Assembly: GCF_009914755.1 (NCBI RefSeq)
Contig: NC_060926.1
Strand: one strand, 5' to 3'
Origin: the human T2T-CHM13v2.0 reference genome, Homo sapiens
DNA: 64,000 bases
Positions within the stretch are counted from its first letter, which is position 1; every line of letters starts with the position of its first letter. This document shows, in pieces, positions 15,622-30,100 of the stretch. The notes under the pieces are model-generated. The model worked only from the letters and a program-made list of their open reading frames with translations. It was not told the origin of the DNA and made no database searches. The translations under genes were made by a program, and so were the position numbers.

Positions 15622-16745
15622 TACATCAACAGAGTAAGGAAAGTGAATTTTTTATTTGCTCTTCTCCCATCAATTCTTTTTTCTAATGCAAACATGTCTT
15701 TAGGTAACAAGTTGTCAAGATTTGGCTTTCTGAGAAAGTGGAAGTGGCTGTTTAGCTTCTACAAATTATTCTCTGAAACATTAGAACTCTTTATAAGAAA
15801 TCTCTCCCTCAGAATTATAAAATGCTGTATTTCTCAAAATTGTTCTTTATGTGCCAGATGTCAGGAGTATATATAGTGCCATTTTATGAAAAAATGAATG
15901 AATATATTATATTACAGACACATTATTCATAATGCTAAGGATCTTCCTTTGTTTGGAATGCAGAGATTTTCGGTTTGGACTTCATGTTTGTATAAGGCTT
16001 ATTCTTTCAAGTTCAACCTCAGTTTTTGAGATTTTAGTGTGAAAAACTCAGAAGTAAATCCATTTGATATCTAAAATTTTAGATACAAAGGAAGGCACCA
16101 TGAAATCAATAATGTATTTGCATGGAAGCAAAGGACATCCCTTGACAGAACATTTACCTCAATGAAATGCAGACCAGTGATATTGGACTTCAAAGCAAAC
16201 ATTAAGTTTACCCAGTATGTATGTAATATTTTCACAAAAGGCAAACTAACATGGTTCTCATTATTTAGAGATATATTTTTCAGAAGAGAGAAAGCTAATG
16301 GAAGAATATTCTGATATTTTTGCGGGCCAGATTTTGTTGTTTTCTTGATTCATAACAAGGCTTTCTGGGTACAAGTCAGTCAGGTAAGGAAAGCAGGAAT
16401 TGACCACTGTCTTAGAAGATGAATAAGATTTGAGTAAGGTGAGGATAGAGGTTTTGTGGGGCCTGATGCGTATATATTGTTGGGTGCCTTTTTAAGATAA
16501 ATAGTGCAAATTATAAATACAAAATTAGATGCAGTCTTGTAAGAGGCTCATGCAAATGCTTTCTGGCATAACTGCCTCTGGGAAGGCATTCTAAGTGAAT
16601 AGAATTGGATGCACAAAGGTGCAGCAGTCTAAATGAACTGGTGGAATGGAGGTGTCCATATGAAAAACCAAAGAAGACTTTGTTCAATCCACTGTTGCTA
16701 TTCCAGGCAGAGGTATTACCTAGAGGTAAATAAGGTATAAAATGG

Positions 16746-16890
16746 AGCTGGCTGTGGTGACTCTCTCTTGTAATTCCAGCAACTCAGGAGGCTGAGGCAG
16801 GAGGATCCCATAAATCCAAGAGTTTGAGGCTGCAGTGAGCTTTGTCACCCAACCTGGGTGACAGAGTAGGATCCCATCTCTAAAAAAAAA
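16746..16890 (+). mobile_element. Old Alu monomer (FRAM/FAM-like)
   Basis: Single arm with gagtttgaggctgcagtgagc and A tail; left TSD aaggtataaaatggag at 16732-16747. Confidence 0.8.
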
Positions 16891-16904
16891 TTTTTTTTTT
16901 TTTA

Positions 16905-17265
<361 letters not shown>

Positions 17266-18899
17266 TCAGTCTCATTACCATCACTACTATGAAAGTCAAA
17301 ACTTATCACCACATGCTTCACTCTAGCCCTACAAATTTTCCCCTGCCATCTGAGCCATTCTTAGACTAGAGGAAATGATGAATTGTTTGGCTTTTACCAA
17401 ATGTTAGTAACTTCCAGGTGAAGGAAGCAGTTTAAAATTAAACCGTTGCTTTGAAAGTGAGGTGACAAATTTCCTGTAAGCATAATATGTTTATTTTACC
17501 AACTTTTAAAAATAAAAGTGTTAAAAATGAAAGAAATGTTTTCAGTGGAAATAGAGAACAGTCTATGCGTTTACAGTAGTCCATGCTTCTTTAATAAACT
17601 TAACTTTAATGGATTAATTTTTCCCTGATACATATTCAGTAACATCATTTTTGAGTCAGTTTTCACAAATTCTAACTTAGTGAAAGGAATTTGAAACCTT
17701 TTGCTTCCCCCAACATTTTATAGTATTTCTCAGTTAACTTGAATGCTCACAAATTACATTCTATTCACTTAAATATTATATAGCACTTTGATGAAATGAT
17801 AAGCAACTGAGCTTTAAAAAAAATAGTGATCCTAGAAAGGTTTGTGGATCTGTAGACTAAGGAAATAAATTAATGAATGTGTTTAGGATGTGCCAGGACA
17901 ATAAGGTTCCCAACAATCCTTAGGTGAGAAAATTCTGTACTTTTAAATCCCAGAGGGCAAATCAGGTCTCTTTCATTCATCACAGTCTTGGGAGCTCCTA
18001 ATTTTAAACTAGTGTGTAGGTGTCTCTCTGTTCACAATAGAACAAGAGAATCAATAAGAGATGGATAGTTTGGGAAGATTTCAACTGCTTCGGCACCTAC
18101 TTTCATTACACACAAGGCACAGATGCATCAAGGTCAAGAGTCACTTGTAGACACTGTGATTTGGGTCCAAGAGAAGCTTTCTCTTGAGTGGCATTCTCTT
18201 GAAATGTATTTGCAAATACATGGCAATTTAGACTAACAAAGGCAATCCACTTTACTAATATATTTGCAGTGGCAGAAGAGATGCTCAAATTCAGGATTCA
18301 AAGGCAAAGGTAAAAGGAGAGCCTTGAATTTAAAAATCAAATCAAAACAAAACAAAACCTCACTCACCAACTTGTATGGTTCCTCCAGTCTTTTCTCGTC
18401 TTGGATTTTCATCATTCTGATACATTTACTGCTCTGTTTGGTTAAATCCCAAATTACCACTTCAATTTATCAGCTGGTCACGGTCTCATAGAACAGATCC
18501 TAATCCCAATGTCAGCACCACTCTACAAGGGCTGCTCCTGCGTTAAGTTTGTATGGAGTTGCCCTGGATACAGCTCCCTACCTAACTCTGTGGCCCTCAC
18601 AGGGGGCGCTTCCAGCCCGCAGGCAATGCAAATTAGCACAGGAAATGTTACATTAATTTCTAGGCACTTCAAATAATAGTTAGAACGAATCCCTAACTAA
18701 ATTGGTAGGGAGCAGTTAGGTTACTGTCTTTCCACTCCTGGGTAAGGTACCTCCCTGCTGATTGACAGGTCGTCCGCTTCTGAGCAGGGGAACAGGCTGA
18801 GAGTTTAAACTTCGCTCCCCCCAACACAGCTTTTACTTCAGCAAGTAAAAGCGTCACCATAGCGGCTTGAGTATATTTGCTCTTAACCTGCTCTATTTT

Positions 18900-19050
18900 A
18901 TATAGACACGTATAAATGCATATATAAAAATAGAATGTACTTACATGGTAAATATGTATATATGTAGATGCATACACACAGATACACATGTGTGTAAATA
19001 CATATTTATGCATGCAGATATACATATACACACACATATATATACATCTA
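18900..19050. repeat. TA/CA-rich low-complexity tract
   Basis: Degenerate (TA)n/(CA)n; explains the CIYMCVY-type ORF 18693-19112. Confidence 0.7.
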
Positions 19051-19214
19051 TAAAATTTTAATGTGTCTGGGTTTAAGAGGGACTTGGTGGATAGCAGCCT
19101 TCTTAGGAACACCCTCTGCCTCTCCGAACCCTATCATCGCATAATCATCCCTCTGGCTTCATGAAACAGACATCTGTGTTTACTGGAACTACCATGATAT
19201 TTATTGAGAGGCAA

Positions 19215-19460
19215 CAGAATATAGTCCAGAGAGGCATTTCCTCCAGGCTAAGATAGTCAAAGATAAAATACCAGTTCTTCCACTTACTGTCTGTGTGTTC
19301 CTGAACAAATTTCTGAACCCTTCTGTGCCTCAGTTTCTTCATCTATAAAAGGAGGATAATGAGAAAAACATATCGCTTAGGATAAATATCAAGATAAAAT
19401 GAGATAGAAATGTACATGTTATAGTTCATATAACAACTATACAATAAATGTCACCTATTA
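19215..19460 (+). mobile_element. MIR
   Basis: ccacttactgtctgtgtg...ctgtgcctcagtttcttcatctataaaa MIR core. Confidence 0.75.
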
Positions 19461-20161
19461 TCTCCTTATAATATTATCTGGAAATAATAGAATATGTTAT
19501 ATAATTAATTACACAACTGAAGCTTAGATAGTACCCACCTTGCCTGAAGCCTAGTAAGGGTGGAGCAGGGAACTCCATCACTGGTCTGTCTGACAGAGAA
19601 GCCCCTCTTCACCTGTTTCCTGATCCCTGCTTTTGCCTGTGTAATAGTGTAGCCTGTTTCCTTTTCCAAGACCCTACTTTATACTTTGGCACATCATCTG
19701 CAGTGCTTTGGGCAATGTGGAGTCTAGGGGGTGCATAATAAAGATATATTGTTGGATTAATTTGTTAGCACACCTCTACCTGTGATGCTGCTAAACAATT
19801 TTTAAACTTCTGACAATGCACTTCTCTAATAACCTGTTATAAAATGTTTATCTTTCAGAAGCTGTCTTTATTAAACTCATAACTTTTTTTCCCTTTCTCT
19901 TTAGCACAATTTCACTTAGCTCTCTTATGTTCAACTTGTTAGTTGAGATTGTTTTCTAATTGTATATAGCATGGCCAAATAAATTGTAAGTTGCACTTTC
20001 TTCATATTACTCCTTAATTTCACTTGCATTTCAAGGAGCAGTAAATAATTATATACACATCAGAGATTCTACGTACAAACAAATTGAAAAGTCTAAAGAG
20101 CCATTTACATTTTTTACTGGATGGTGTTTTTGCTCTCATATGGTTTAAAGAAATGTGATGG

Positions 20162-20575
20162 TGTGTTAGTCTGTTTGCGTTGCTCTAAAGGAATACCCGA
20201 GGCTGGGTAGTTTATAAAAGAAGTTTATTTGGCTTACAGTTCTGCAGGCTGTACAAGCATGGTACCAACATCTGCTCAGCTTCTGGCAAGGCCTCAGGAA
20301 GCTTATAATCATGGCAGAACGCAAAGGAGGAGCAGGCATACTACATAACGAGACAGCGAGCAAGAGAGAGAGAGGAAAGGAGGTGCCAGGCTTTTAAACA
20401 GCCAGCTCTCACATGAACTGAATGAGAACTCACTCGTTCCTGTGGGAAAGGCACCAAGCCATTCAGGAGAGATCTGCCCCCATGACCCAAATACCTCCCT
20501 CTAGGCCCTCCTTCCAACACTGGAGATCACATTTCAGCATGATATTTGAAGGGGACAAGTATCCAAACCATGTTA
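20162..20575 (-). mobile_element. Solo MaLR LTR (MSTA/MSTB-like)
   Basis: tgtgttagtctgttt...ggcctcaggaagctt...aaaccatgtta; 5-bp TSD gatgg / gatag. Confidence 0.88.
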
Positions 20576-20624
20576 GATAGTGAGTGCAAAGTCAACAATT
20601 ACAATTACGTCCTGGTTGCCTTTA

Positions 20625-20758
20625 TCTTTTTGATTTTCTTTAAAGACAGGGTCTCACTATGCTGCCCAGGCTGGACTCTAACTCCTGGCCTCAAACAATC
20701 CTCCTTCCTCAGCCTCTCAAGTAGCTGGGACTACAGGTGCACACTACTGTACCCAGCC
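20625..20758 (-). mobile_element. Alu monomer (FLAM-like)
   Basis: agacagggtctcactatgctgcccaggctgg...gtagctgggactacagg, single arm. Confidence 0.85.
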
Positions 20759-20799
20759 ACCTTTGTCTCGTTTGTCCTTTTTTGCCAGGATTCATACTG

Positions 20800-21510
20800 T
20801 TGATCAATTTTTTCTTCTCCTCTTAGCCCCTTCTCCCTGGGCCTTCAGTGACACCTGGATCTCCTGGGTTTCTGCCTAACTGTCAAGCAGCTTCTTGGGC
20901 TTGCCACTTACATCAGGTCTTAAATTGCCATTTCTTTGGTCTGTTTCTTTGCTTTGCTACCTTCTTTGGTCTGCTTCTTCCTTAAAGCTATTACCTGGCT
21001 GCTCTCATTTACATTTGTGACCCTCCCTACCATACCTTGCATATTGTTCCCCAAGCTCCAAACCTGTATCTCTTTTGAGGACCAAACCTATGCTCTCAAT
21101 TGACTGCAAGAGAATTCTCCTCTCTCAACCATACCACAAAATCATCATGTCCAAAGCTGAACTAATTTCCATACAATACCTCAAGTCTACACCCCTTTCT
21201 GCGTTAGATATCTAAGTGGATGACCGCACCATTTACCTTTTACAAAATAAACAAACTTGGGTGTAGATCAAGATTCTTCTCTCAGTCAAACACCACACTC
21301 TGTTAATATTACATCTGAAAATATCTGTTGAATCTATCATTTCTTCTTCATGCTTAGTACTGCTACCTTAGTTTTGTTCCTCATGATTTCTTGCCTGTGT
21401 TATTATAATAGATCCCTAAGTGGTCTCTTTGTCTACATTCTCACCCCCTCCATTTTATCCCATTGTGCTTTCCAGAAGGAACTTTCTAATTGTAGATCTG
21501 ATTGTGCCTC
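20800..21510 (+). mobile_element. L2 fragment
   Basis: Pyrimidine-rich, with L2-like phrases (catgtccaaagctgaact); boundaries approximate. Confidence 0.55.
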
Positions 21511-21615
21511 TCTTGGGGCACACATCGTATCACTGCCAGGACAGGACCAAGTACCAAGCACCGTAGCATGGCAGTGAATGCAGATTAAGACCTCATTCCT
21601 GCCCATTTCATCAAC

Positions 21616-22134
<519 letters not shown>

Positions 22135-23559
22135 TAGTATCTACTTTACAGGATAGTTGAAATGGGTAAAGCACAGGGAATAGCAGAATAGCAAGTGCTC
22201 AATATAAGTGGCTGTTGTTGGTATTACCTGTTCTTTAGTCCCTCAGCTGCCTTCTCCTACTGCCTGAAATAGCTAACATCTACTCTTTATTTAAACCTTA
22301 ACTTGCATTGTATGTTCCAGAAGAGTTCTCTAGCCCTATCCTCCAGGCCCTCACTGCGTTCCATGCATACCTCTATCACGGAGCTCAACTTAGTTTTGGG
22401 TCATTGTTTACCTGGGTTGAGGCTCTTTCATCTTTGTCTTCCCCAGCACCAAGCACTAATAATATCTCAGTAATTGTTGAGTGGTTTGTTTAATAATGTA
22501 AGTTGGTGTTTAAATAAATGACTGCTGTAGGTAGCTCGGAAATGACCTTGGGCAAGAGAAAGTGAGTTTTTTCATAGGATGGTTAGGAGTATTGAATGGA
22601 TGTGATTATGCTTTAAGGACTCTAAAAATATTAATTCTCTGAACAGTTGATGATGGAAGTGGTATTTCTGCCAGATTTTACCTTGTTGTATAAAAGCCAT
22701 TTATCTTTGTTGTTCTGCTGTCTGGATGGTTATTCTTAATTACCTTTCCTCTGAGATACCACAAAATATACACTTCTGCCGAGAGGCATCATGCGATAGA
22801 GGAAAGAAAGAACACTGGGCCAGAAGGCATGAAACCAGGTTCTATTTTGTGTTTATTCTTGACTGCTTTGGGTAAGGAGGCGGCCTAGCTGAAATTCAGT
22901 ATTCTTGTCCATCACAGATGACTGGTATACTTTCTTAGGTTCCTCCCGGCAATCCTAGTCTGTGATTTATATCATCTGAATGAATACTGTAATAATGATT
23001 AAATTCTTAGGTACTTTAGTAACTGCATCACCACATCTTTCTTCCTTTTCTCTATTTCTACCAAAAAAACAAACAAGTTAACTTGGCTACAAAGTGGTTT
23101 ATTCTAAATAGTTTGAAATATTTTTCAGATGGCTTAAGAAGCACTTATTTGTGTGGCATGGTTGGTGAACAAGAACTTTAGAATTTAATGTCAGATCTTG
23201 CTGCCAGAGAAGGAGGTGGAGTGGGAATAGAATGGTGATGAATCAGAAGCCTCTGGTCTTTTGAAGTCAGAAAAATGATACTTTAATGGAGTCATCCACA
23301 CAAAAATGTTTTAGGTTTGATATCTTGAAAGAAGAACACATTGTGGGATTGGCTTTAGGTAGCAAGTAACGAGAGAAAATGCCAGAAGACAAAATAAATA
23401 AATAATATTTAGCAGAATCTAGTTGTAAACAGACTAATAACTCAAAGAAAGACATGAGAAACTTGACTAAATAAGAAGGAATTCCTAAGTTTCGGAAGAG
23501 CAAGGCTACACCTTAAAGGAAGCTTTCATTTCCAGAGTACTGATTAAGCATTTCCGACG

Positions 23560-23745
23560 TGCATGTGAGGCACTGTTGTAGGCACAGTGTATGTATTAAA
23601 TCACAACAATCCTATGAAATAGGTACTATGACTATACCCATTTATCAGATGAAGAAACTGAGGCACTATAGAACTATACGAAGTCACATTGCTAATAAAA
23701 AGGGCACATAAGATTTGAATTCAGGCAGTCCAGCAGAATCTGAAT
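23560..23745 (-). mobile_element. MIR
   Basis: cacaacaatcctatgaaataggtact...cagatgaagaaactgaggcac. Confidence 0.75.
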
Positions 23746-24486
23746 CTTACTTAACAATAAAACCCTCTTATTAAAATTTGCACATTTGAGTTGGAGGTTT
23801 TCCTGAGGGGAAGGAAGAGGATAGCATGTTTTGCTTTTGTTTGTTTGTTTGTTTTTTTAAAGTAGAATTTCCAAAATTTGGGGGCATGGCCAAAATTATT
23901 TATCTTCCTAAATCTTCAAAATGTATGGGAATTATTTTTTCCATACCCCGTATGTTCAGTCATATAGAAATATCAGCTCTGAGGAATGGGTTAGTATAAG
24001 ATAGTATGTGCAAATATAAAAAAAATTCATGCATCATGATATCCTTGTAATATATGGCCCATCTTTCTTCACATTCATAAACCCTTCAATGTATAGGAGA
24101 ATTGTATGTGAATGATTTTTTACTATTAAATGAAAAAATATAAATGAGCATTGAACCCCTATTTTACATGGAGCATTGTAAATTTAGAAAGTTGTCAGAA
24201 TTGTCAGTTCCATTTTTCTTTTTCAATTTTCAAGACTTTTAAATCTTAATATTTATCACACAACCAGAAAAAGTATATAAAACATACAGCACAGGTTTGA
24301 TGAATATTTTTAAGTGAACATTCATGCACCTTTTGTTCTAGTCAAGAAAAGAGCATTCCCAACATGCTAGGAGCTCCCTTCTTCTTTAGCACCCAAGTCA
24401 TGACCCATACCTTTCCCCTATCTTTATGTCAGTGTTATTTCTAACTCTTCTTAATATCATCAAATATTCATCAAACCACAGAAGCC

Positions 24487-24987
24487 CGTCAAAGAAACAA
24501 ACTATTCATTACACTTATTAAAGAACAGTGAGTCAGACTCTATTCAAGGAGGGCTACTCAGGACTGCAGAGATAGGTGTAGGGACCACTACACTGTGGTT
24601 TTGCAATGGGGAAGATAGATTAGGCTCAACTCCTTGTACAACAAGAAAAAATGGGAGTTTATAGACAAGGAGTAGGGGTGAGTGTCAGTGGATCGAAAAT
24701 TCCTACAGGGAAACACCAGGGTGAGGGGGATTTCTGGGCAAACGGACTTGACAGGATTCTTGCTAAAGGCAGGCCAGGGTGATCAGACTGGACAATGGTA
24801 GAGAATAAGGAAACTGACCAGATATCAAGGGTGATCAGATATCAAGGATGGCCAAGCTGACATAACAGGATTCTTGCTACAGTTGGAGAATGCAGAGACA
24901 ACATGGAAGTCCGAAAGTCAAGGCCTACCTAAGAAGAGAGCTCAGAAAAGGCTGAGTAGAGTTTGGTCAAGGAGAAAATTTTTATCA
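24487..24987 (-). mobile_element. Solo ERV1 LTR (MER31-like)
   Basis: Ends ...agagtttggtcaaggagaaaatttttatca (reverse of the MER31 5' end as I recall it); clearly homologous to 42623-43056. Confidence 0.75.
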
Positions 24988-25836
24988 AGGCTAAAATATG
25001 TTTTACTCCATACCAGCAATCCACTGACTTGCTAATTTATTAATCATAAAATTATAGTGTGTGATGCTAATTTCATAAGTGAAATTCATTTTTAAAAGTT
25101 ATCAATGTTTCAGAAAAAAGATATACTGCTAGTTCCTCAATAATCATTTCTCTTCACTAAGGAAGAATATCCTGTACTTTATGTAACAAGAGATAGGCTG
25201 GTACATATTAAACACAATTTCCATAGAGTCAGTTTGGTGAAATACATTCCACCATTGACAGCTATTAACTGTTGTATTCATAAGTCACAATGAACTTTTG
25301 AAATAATTTTCTCAGTCTTTGCAATAGAATTATGTAAATATTATTATTGCCACTTTTTATAGGTGATAAAAGAGCTAATATCTTCATGAGTCCTTTTATG
25401 GATGCGATGTGGAAATTAGGGTGCAAAGAGGCTGGGTGATATGCCTAGAAACACACAGCCAGGAAGTAGCACTGTCAAGACTCAAAACGAGGTCTCTGCT
25501 TTCAACCCTTTCCACTTGCTCATCCTGCTCTTTTAAAATAAAATGTTTAACAGCAATCTTTTAACTTTTCAAAGAAATAGATAGTTTACTAGGTGCTTTT
25601 TAATTAATATGAAAGACTTCATAGCTGCCCTGTCAGGTAGGCAGATTGGGAGATTTTAGCCTTATTTGGTGAAAACAAAAAAATCCTGAGGTTCAAAGAT
25701 GAAAAGTGATCAAATTAAGTAACATGACTTGTAGGTGGTGCAGTGTGGCTTGAAATGTTTTTTATGTGGATTCCACAGTGGGGTTGGAGAAGAAAAAAAA
25801 GAGGGCCCATTGAAGTATCACCTCATTTTCTCCTTC

Positions 25837-26325
25837 TGCTGCAGGATTTTTGCTTCTTAGCTCAGCTAGGTCTGGATTCTTGTCTCATGACCAGGAAGAA
25901 TTAGGCAAGTGAATGTCAAAGATTGAGTGGGCTAGAATTTATTAAACACAAGGAAAGCTCTCAGCAAAAAGAGGAGAAGTGGGGGGTGGTTCCCCTACCT
26001 GAAAACAGGAACGTTCCTCTAATATGGCTGGGCCTGGGGATTTTTATGGGTCAGAATAGGGAGTGTGTGCTGATTGGCTTGTAAGTATGCAAAAAAGGTC
26101 AAAGTGAAGATACCACTCAAAGGTGCGCATGACAGTGTACAAAACCTATTAGGAAAGGGTAGTTATATGTAAAACAGGTGTAGGATGGGGATCAAAGACA
26201 GGAAAGTGTGCCAAATGGGAAGATGAGTTCTCAATCTGGTCCAAGGATTTACCCAGGACAGTTTCCAGCTTGAAGGTTGGGTTTCAATGAGGACCCACTC
26301 CTAACTGCTTAGGCACTTCCTATCA
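25837..26325 (-). mobile_element. Solo ERV1 LTR (MER61/LTR20-group; subfamily uncertain)
   Basis: tg...ca termini (tgctgcagg...cctatca), tttattaa (reverse AATAAA), near-TSD cttc / cttt. Confidence 0.7.
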
Positions 26326-28521
26326 CTTTCTTCCCCTTTGACGACAACCATTGCCACATATACTGGCATATATGTGGTCCTTAAACACCAGGGAACACCC
26401 GGGGAGGGGTTGAGACTGAGGTTTGGGGAAGTGACCCCTACTGTGAAAAGGCTTACATTAGGAAGAGGGAAAAAGATGAAAGAGAAATTTAAGGAGGGAA
26501 AGGAATAGAAAAGTTGGTCTTGAATTTTTAAGGGAGAGACTTATTTATTAGAGAGGTTAATATTAGGGCACAGGGACTACTGGAGTATTTTTGAAATATC
26601 CTAAAAAGCTATGGTGACTGAAGAGAAGGAAACATCAAGAAAATGAATTACTACATTGCTTTCAAGGTCAGTTAGATAAAAACATAGTTTCATTTCTTCT
26701 AAGCATTTTTTTCTCTAACCCCAGTATTCCTAATTTGGGGGTATTTAGAGATAATATTTGCCTCTATTTCATCTACCAATAATATATGAAGACTAGAAGG
26801 GTCTATGCCTCATCTAGTTTTCAAACACCTTTCTTGATTCTCCTGCCTGTTATGCCTGAAGGAGACATATACAATTCTTTTCACAAACATTTGACACCTA
26901 TCTTAATAAAATAACAAGCACATGCCTTGTAGCACTTCAAGGAGAAAAGGAAGGTAGAACTAAAACCGAACCATTATGGGGTACTGCATCTCTATAAAGG
27001 TAAGGAGACTTCATCAAAGAACTGAAATGGATCCAGGGGGACCAAATTTTATTTATAGTAGTTTATAGTACTAAAAAGTTAGAACTGATAGCTAATTTTA
27101 AAGTCATTTCCTAACCACAAACCTTAAAGTGATGATGATATCAGTGCATTGCATTCCTATTTCAAATATTTACTTACACATGAAGATGACAATTAGAAAA
27201 GCAATACTAGCAGGATTTTCACAGCCCAGTCTTTGTCTCAGAAGGACTCTGTGCCTTTTTTTTTTATATCCATTCAAACTATTTTGAGATTTTATATGCC
27301 TAGACTCAATCATAAAATTGAATTCAGATATAACCTTTTGCAGTATGTGGAGCTAATGAAATCACCCCAAAGGTCATTTACTTAAGCAATAAGCACTTCA
27401 AATTGATCATGATCAGTTAAACTATCAACTCCAAGTAATGATTTTTTTTTGTCTCTTTTTCTTTTTTCTTTTGGTACTTACTCAAGTACCAGAATTAGAA
27501 GATCGGTTTGTCCCTAGTGTTTAATATCCAATTTTCTACCAATCACAACACAAGACATGCTCTGTTAGATTCATGATACTCTTAAAATGGGTTTTATTTT
27601 ACAAGTCAAGGTACAATCACCAATTTTGTTGACATATTACTACAAGCTATGTAAAGCCTTAGATAAAAAGCAAAAAGGAGATAAATCTGTGTATCTCACA
27701 TCTGATAATCACACATTGTAGGAAAATTTGAAAAATGTAAGGATATGAATGTAGACATATGCATGACAATAAAGGACACTTTCAAATTCAATATTTTTAG
27801 CTCAGTTTTCAAAATCAATTTTTATTTCCTATGTCTCTAGTAACATTGGGTAAGTCAGACTGTGTATAATAATATTACATATCATTTCAATTCAATCAAA
27901 TAATAATATGTCAGTAAACTTGGTGAACCAAATTTATGTACTCTTATCATTAGTTATATATTCCAATTTCTTTAAACATTTCTAGGAATCATGGGACAGA
28001 AGTTTAGCATTATAATTAAAAGTTTGGTTTTAGATAACTCTATATGAATATTATAAATATCACATGAATATGTATCACCATGTCATCTTTATTTTTTATC
28101 TGAAAGATAACTTTTGGGCTAGATCATAGCATATGGCCCCTTCTGTAGAATTTGAGCAGAGCGAATAAAGAGTGAACATTCAAATTATCAGTGGTGTTAC
28201 CTAGTCAGCAACCGTGGCAAAGCAGCTGATAGTTACTGAGTTGAAAAGAATTACTGAAATAAAGTTTGGGGACTTTGGATTTATTAACTTTTTCCTGCTA
28301 TGGACTGCATTCAAATGCATCAAATAGCATCTCTTTTACTAGGAACAGAGATCAAAAGAGGAAACTAACATTAAATAGATAATGGTGCCTCCCATAGAAC
28401 CTTAAAGTAACTGTCTACTTACTTCTCAAATTCAAAATACATGATTTATAGAATCATCTACTGTTCTTTCACCAATAATTAATTTTATTTATAAAAAACC
28501 CTTTTTTAAAATTTTCTATTC

Positions 28522-28888
28522 TGATATGGTTTGGCTGTGTCTCCACCAAATCTCATCTTGCATTGTAGTTCCCATAATCCCCACCTGTCATGGGAGGAAA
28601 CCGATGGGAGGTAATTTAATTATGGGGGTGGTTACCTCCATGCCGTTCTCGTGATAGTAAGTTCTCATGAGATGTGATGGTTTTATAAGGGTTTTTTTTC
28701 CCCCTTTTGCTTGGTACTTCTCCTTCCTCTGCCATGTGAAGAAGAATGTGTTTGCTTCCCTTTCCACCATAATTGTAAGTTTCCTGAGGCCTCCCCAGCC
28801 ATGCTGAATTGTGAGTCAAATAAACCTCTTTCCTTTATAAATTATGCAGTCTTGGGTATGTCTTTATTAGCAGTGTGAGAACGGACTA
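28522..28888 (+). mobile_element. Solo THE1 (THE1C/D) MaLR LTR
   Basis: tgatatggtttggctgtgtc start, gtttcctgaggcctccccagccatg, ends gagaacggacta (terminal ataca missing). Confidence 0.92.
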
Positions 28889-28926
28889 TCTAAGGTTTTC
28901 ATTTTGGCTGAATATTTGTATAACTA

Positions 28927-29238
<312 letters not shown>

Positions 29239-29279
29239 TCATTATTTTTTTTGCATCATTTAGATAATTTGTTTTACAT

Positions 29280-30100
29280 CCCACATGTAATACATAAGCA
29301 AATCCTGTTGGTTTTGCCTTCAGAGTGTGTCCTAATCTAACCATTTATCATCACTTTATCTCTGCCACCATGTCCCAAGTCATCACACCTCCGACCTGGA
29401 TCACAGCAAGTGCTCCTAACAGGTCTCCTTATTTCTACCCTGGTTCCTGATAGTATGCTTTTCACAAAACAGTACATCTTTCAACATTTAAACTAGATTG
29501 TGGCACTCTGCTGCTCAAAAGCCTCCAATGACTTCCACATCACACTTAGAACAAAATGCTAAGTCCCCCATCATGGCCTATGGGGATTTGCCTGATCTTG
29601 CTCCAGGTTTCCTCTCCACCCTTGTTTCCCACCACTCTTCTGTGTTCCACCCAGCTGGCCCCCTTCAACTACTGAACACAAGAAAGCTCTTCTCAGAGTC
29701 ACCTCCACCTGGAAGGTTCTCCCCTCAAGTACACATGGTTTGTGCTTTTACTCTACCTTGAATTCCTCTCTAATATCAGGTTCTCAGAAAAGCCCTGCCT
29801 TACCCTCCTATTTCAAATGGGTCTGCCTTCTATTATTCTGCCCTTTCACTCTAGATTAGTTTTTTCATAGTACGTATTGCTATTTAAAATAATATTATTG
29901 GTTAATTGGTTAATTGGTTGATTGGTTAATTGTCTGGCTGCCCCAATATGTCTGGCTGCCCCAATATGTCTGACTGCCCCAGAATGTGAGATCCTGTAAG
30001 TCAAGAACTTTTCTTTCTCTCTTCTTATTGTTTAAACTAGTCTATACCTGGGAAGTAGAACTAGTGCCTAGAATATAGAGGCACTTGATGAAAAAATAAT
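29280..30100 (+). mobile_element. L2 3' fragment
   Basis: ctctgctgctcaaaagcctccaatgacttcc... and ...ctagtgcctagaatatag typical of the L2 3' end. Confidence 0.65.
29897..29981. repeat. Compound tandem repeat: about 4 x attggtta followed by 3 x 18-bp tgtctggctgccccaata
   Basis: 18-mer units at 29931, 29949 and 29967 (third partial, 1 mismatch). Confidence 0.9.

Noticed and set aside
16284-16383. Candidate exon (tttttcag ... CAG|GTAAGG); similarly 889-963
   Set aside because: Short polypyrimidine tract and no independent support; expected by chance at this scale.
29931-29981. CRISPR-like array (also considered for 54232-54350)
   Set aside because: Head-to-tail tandem units with no unique spacers, primate context, no cas genes.
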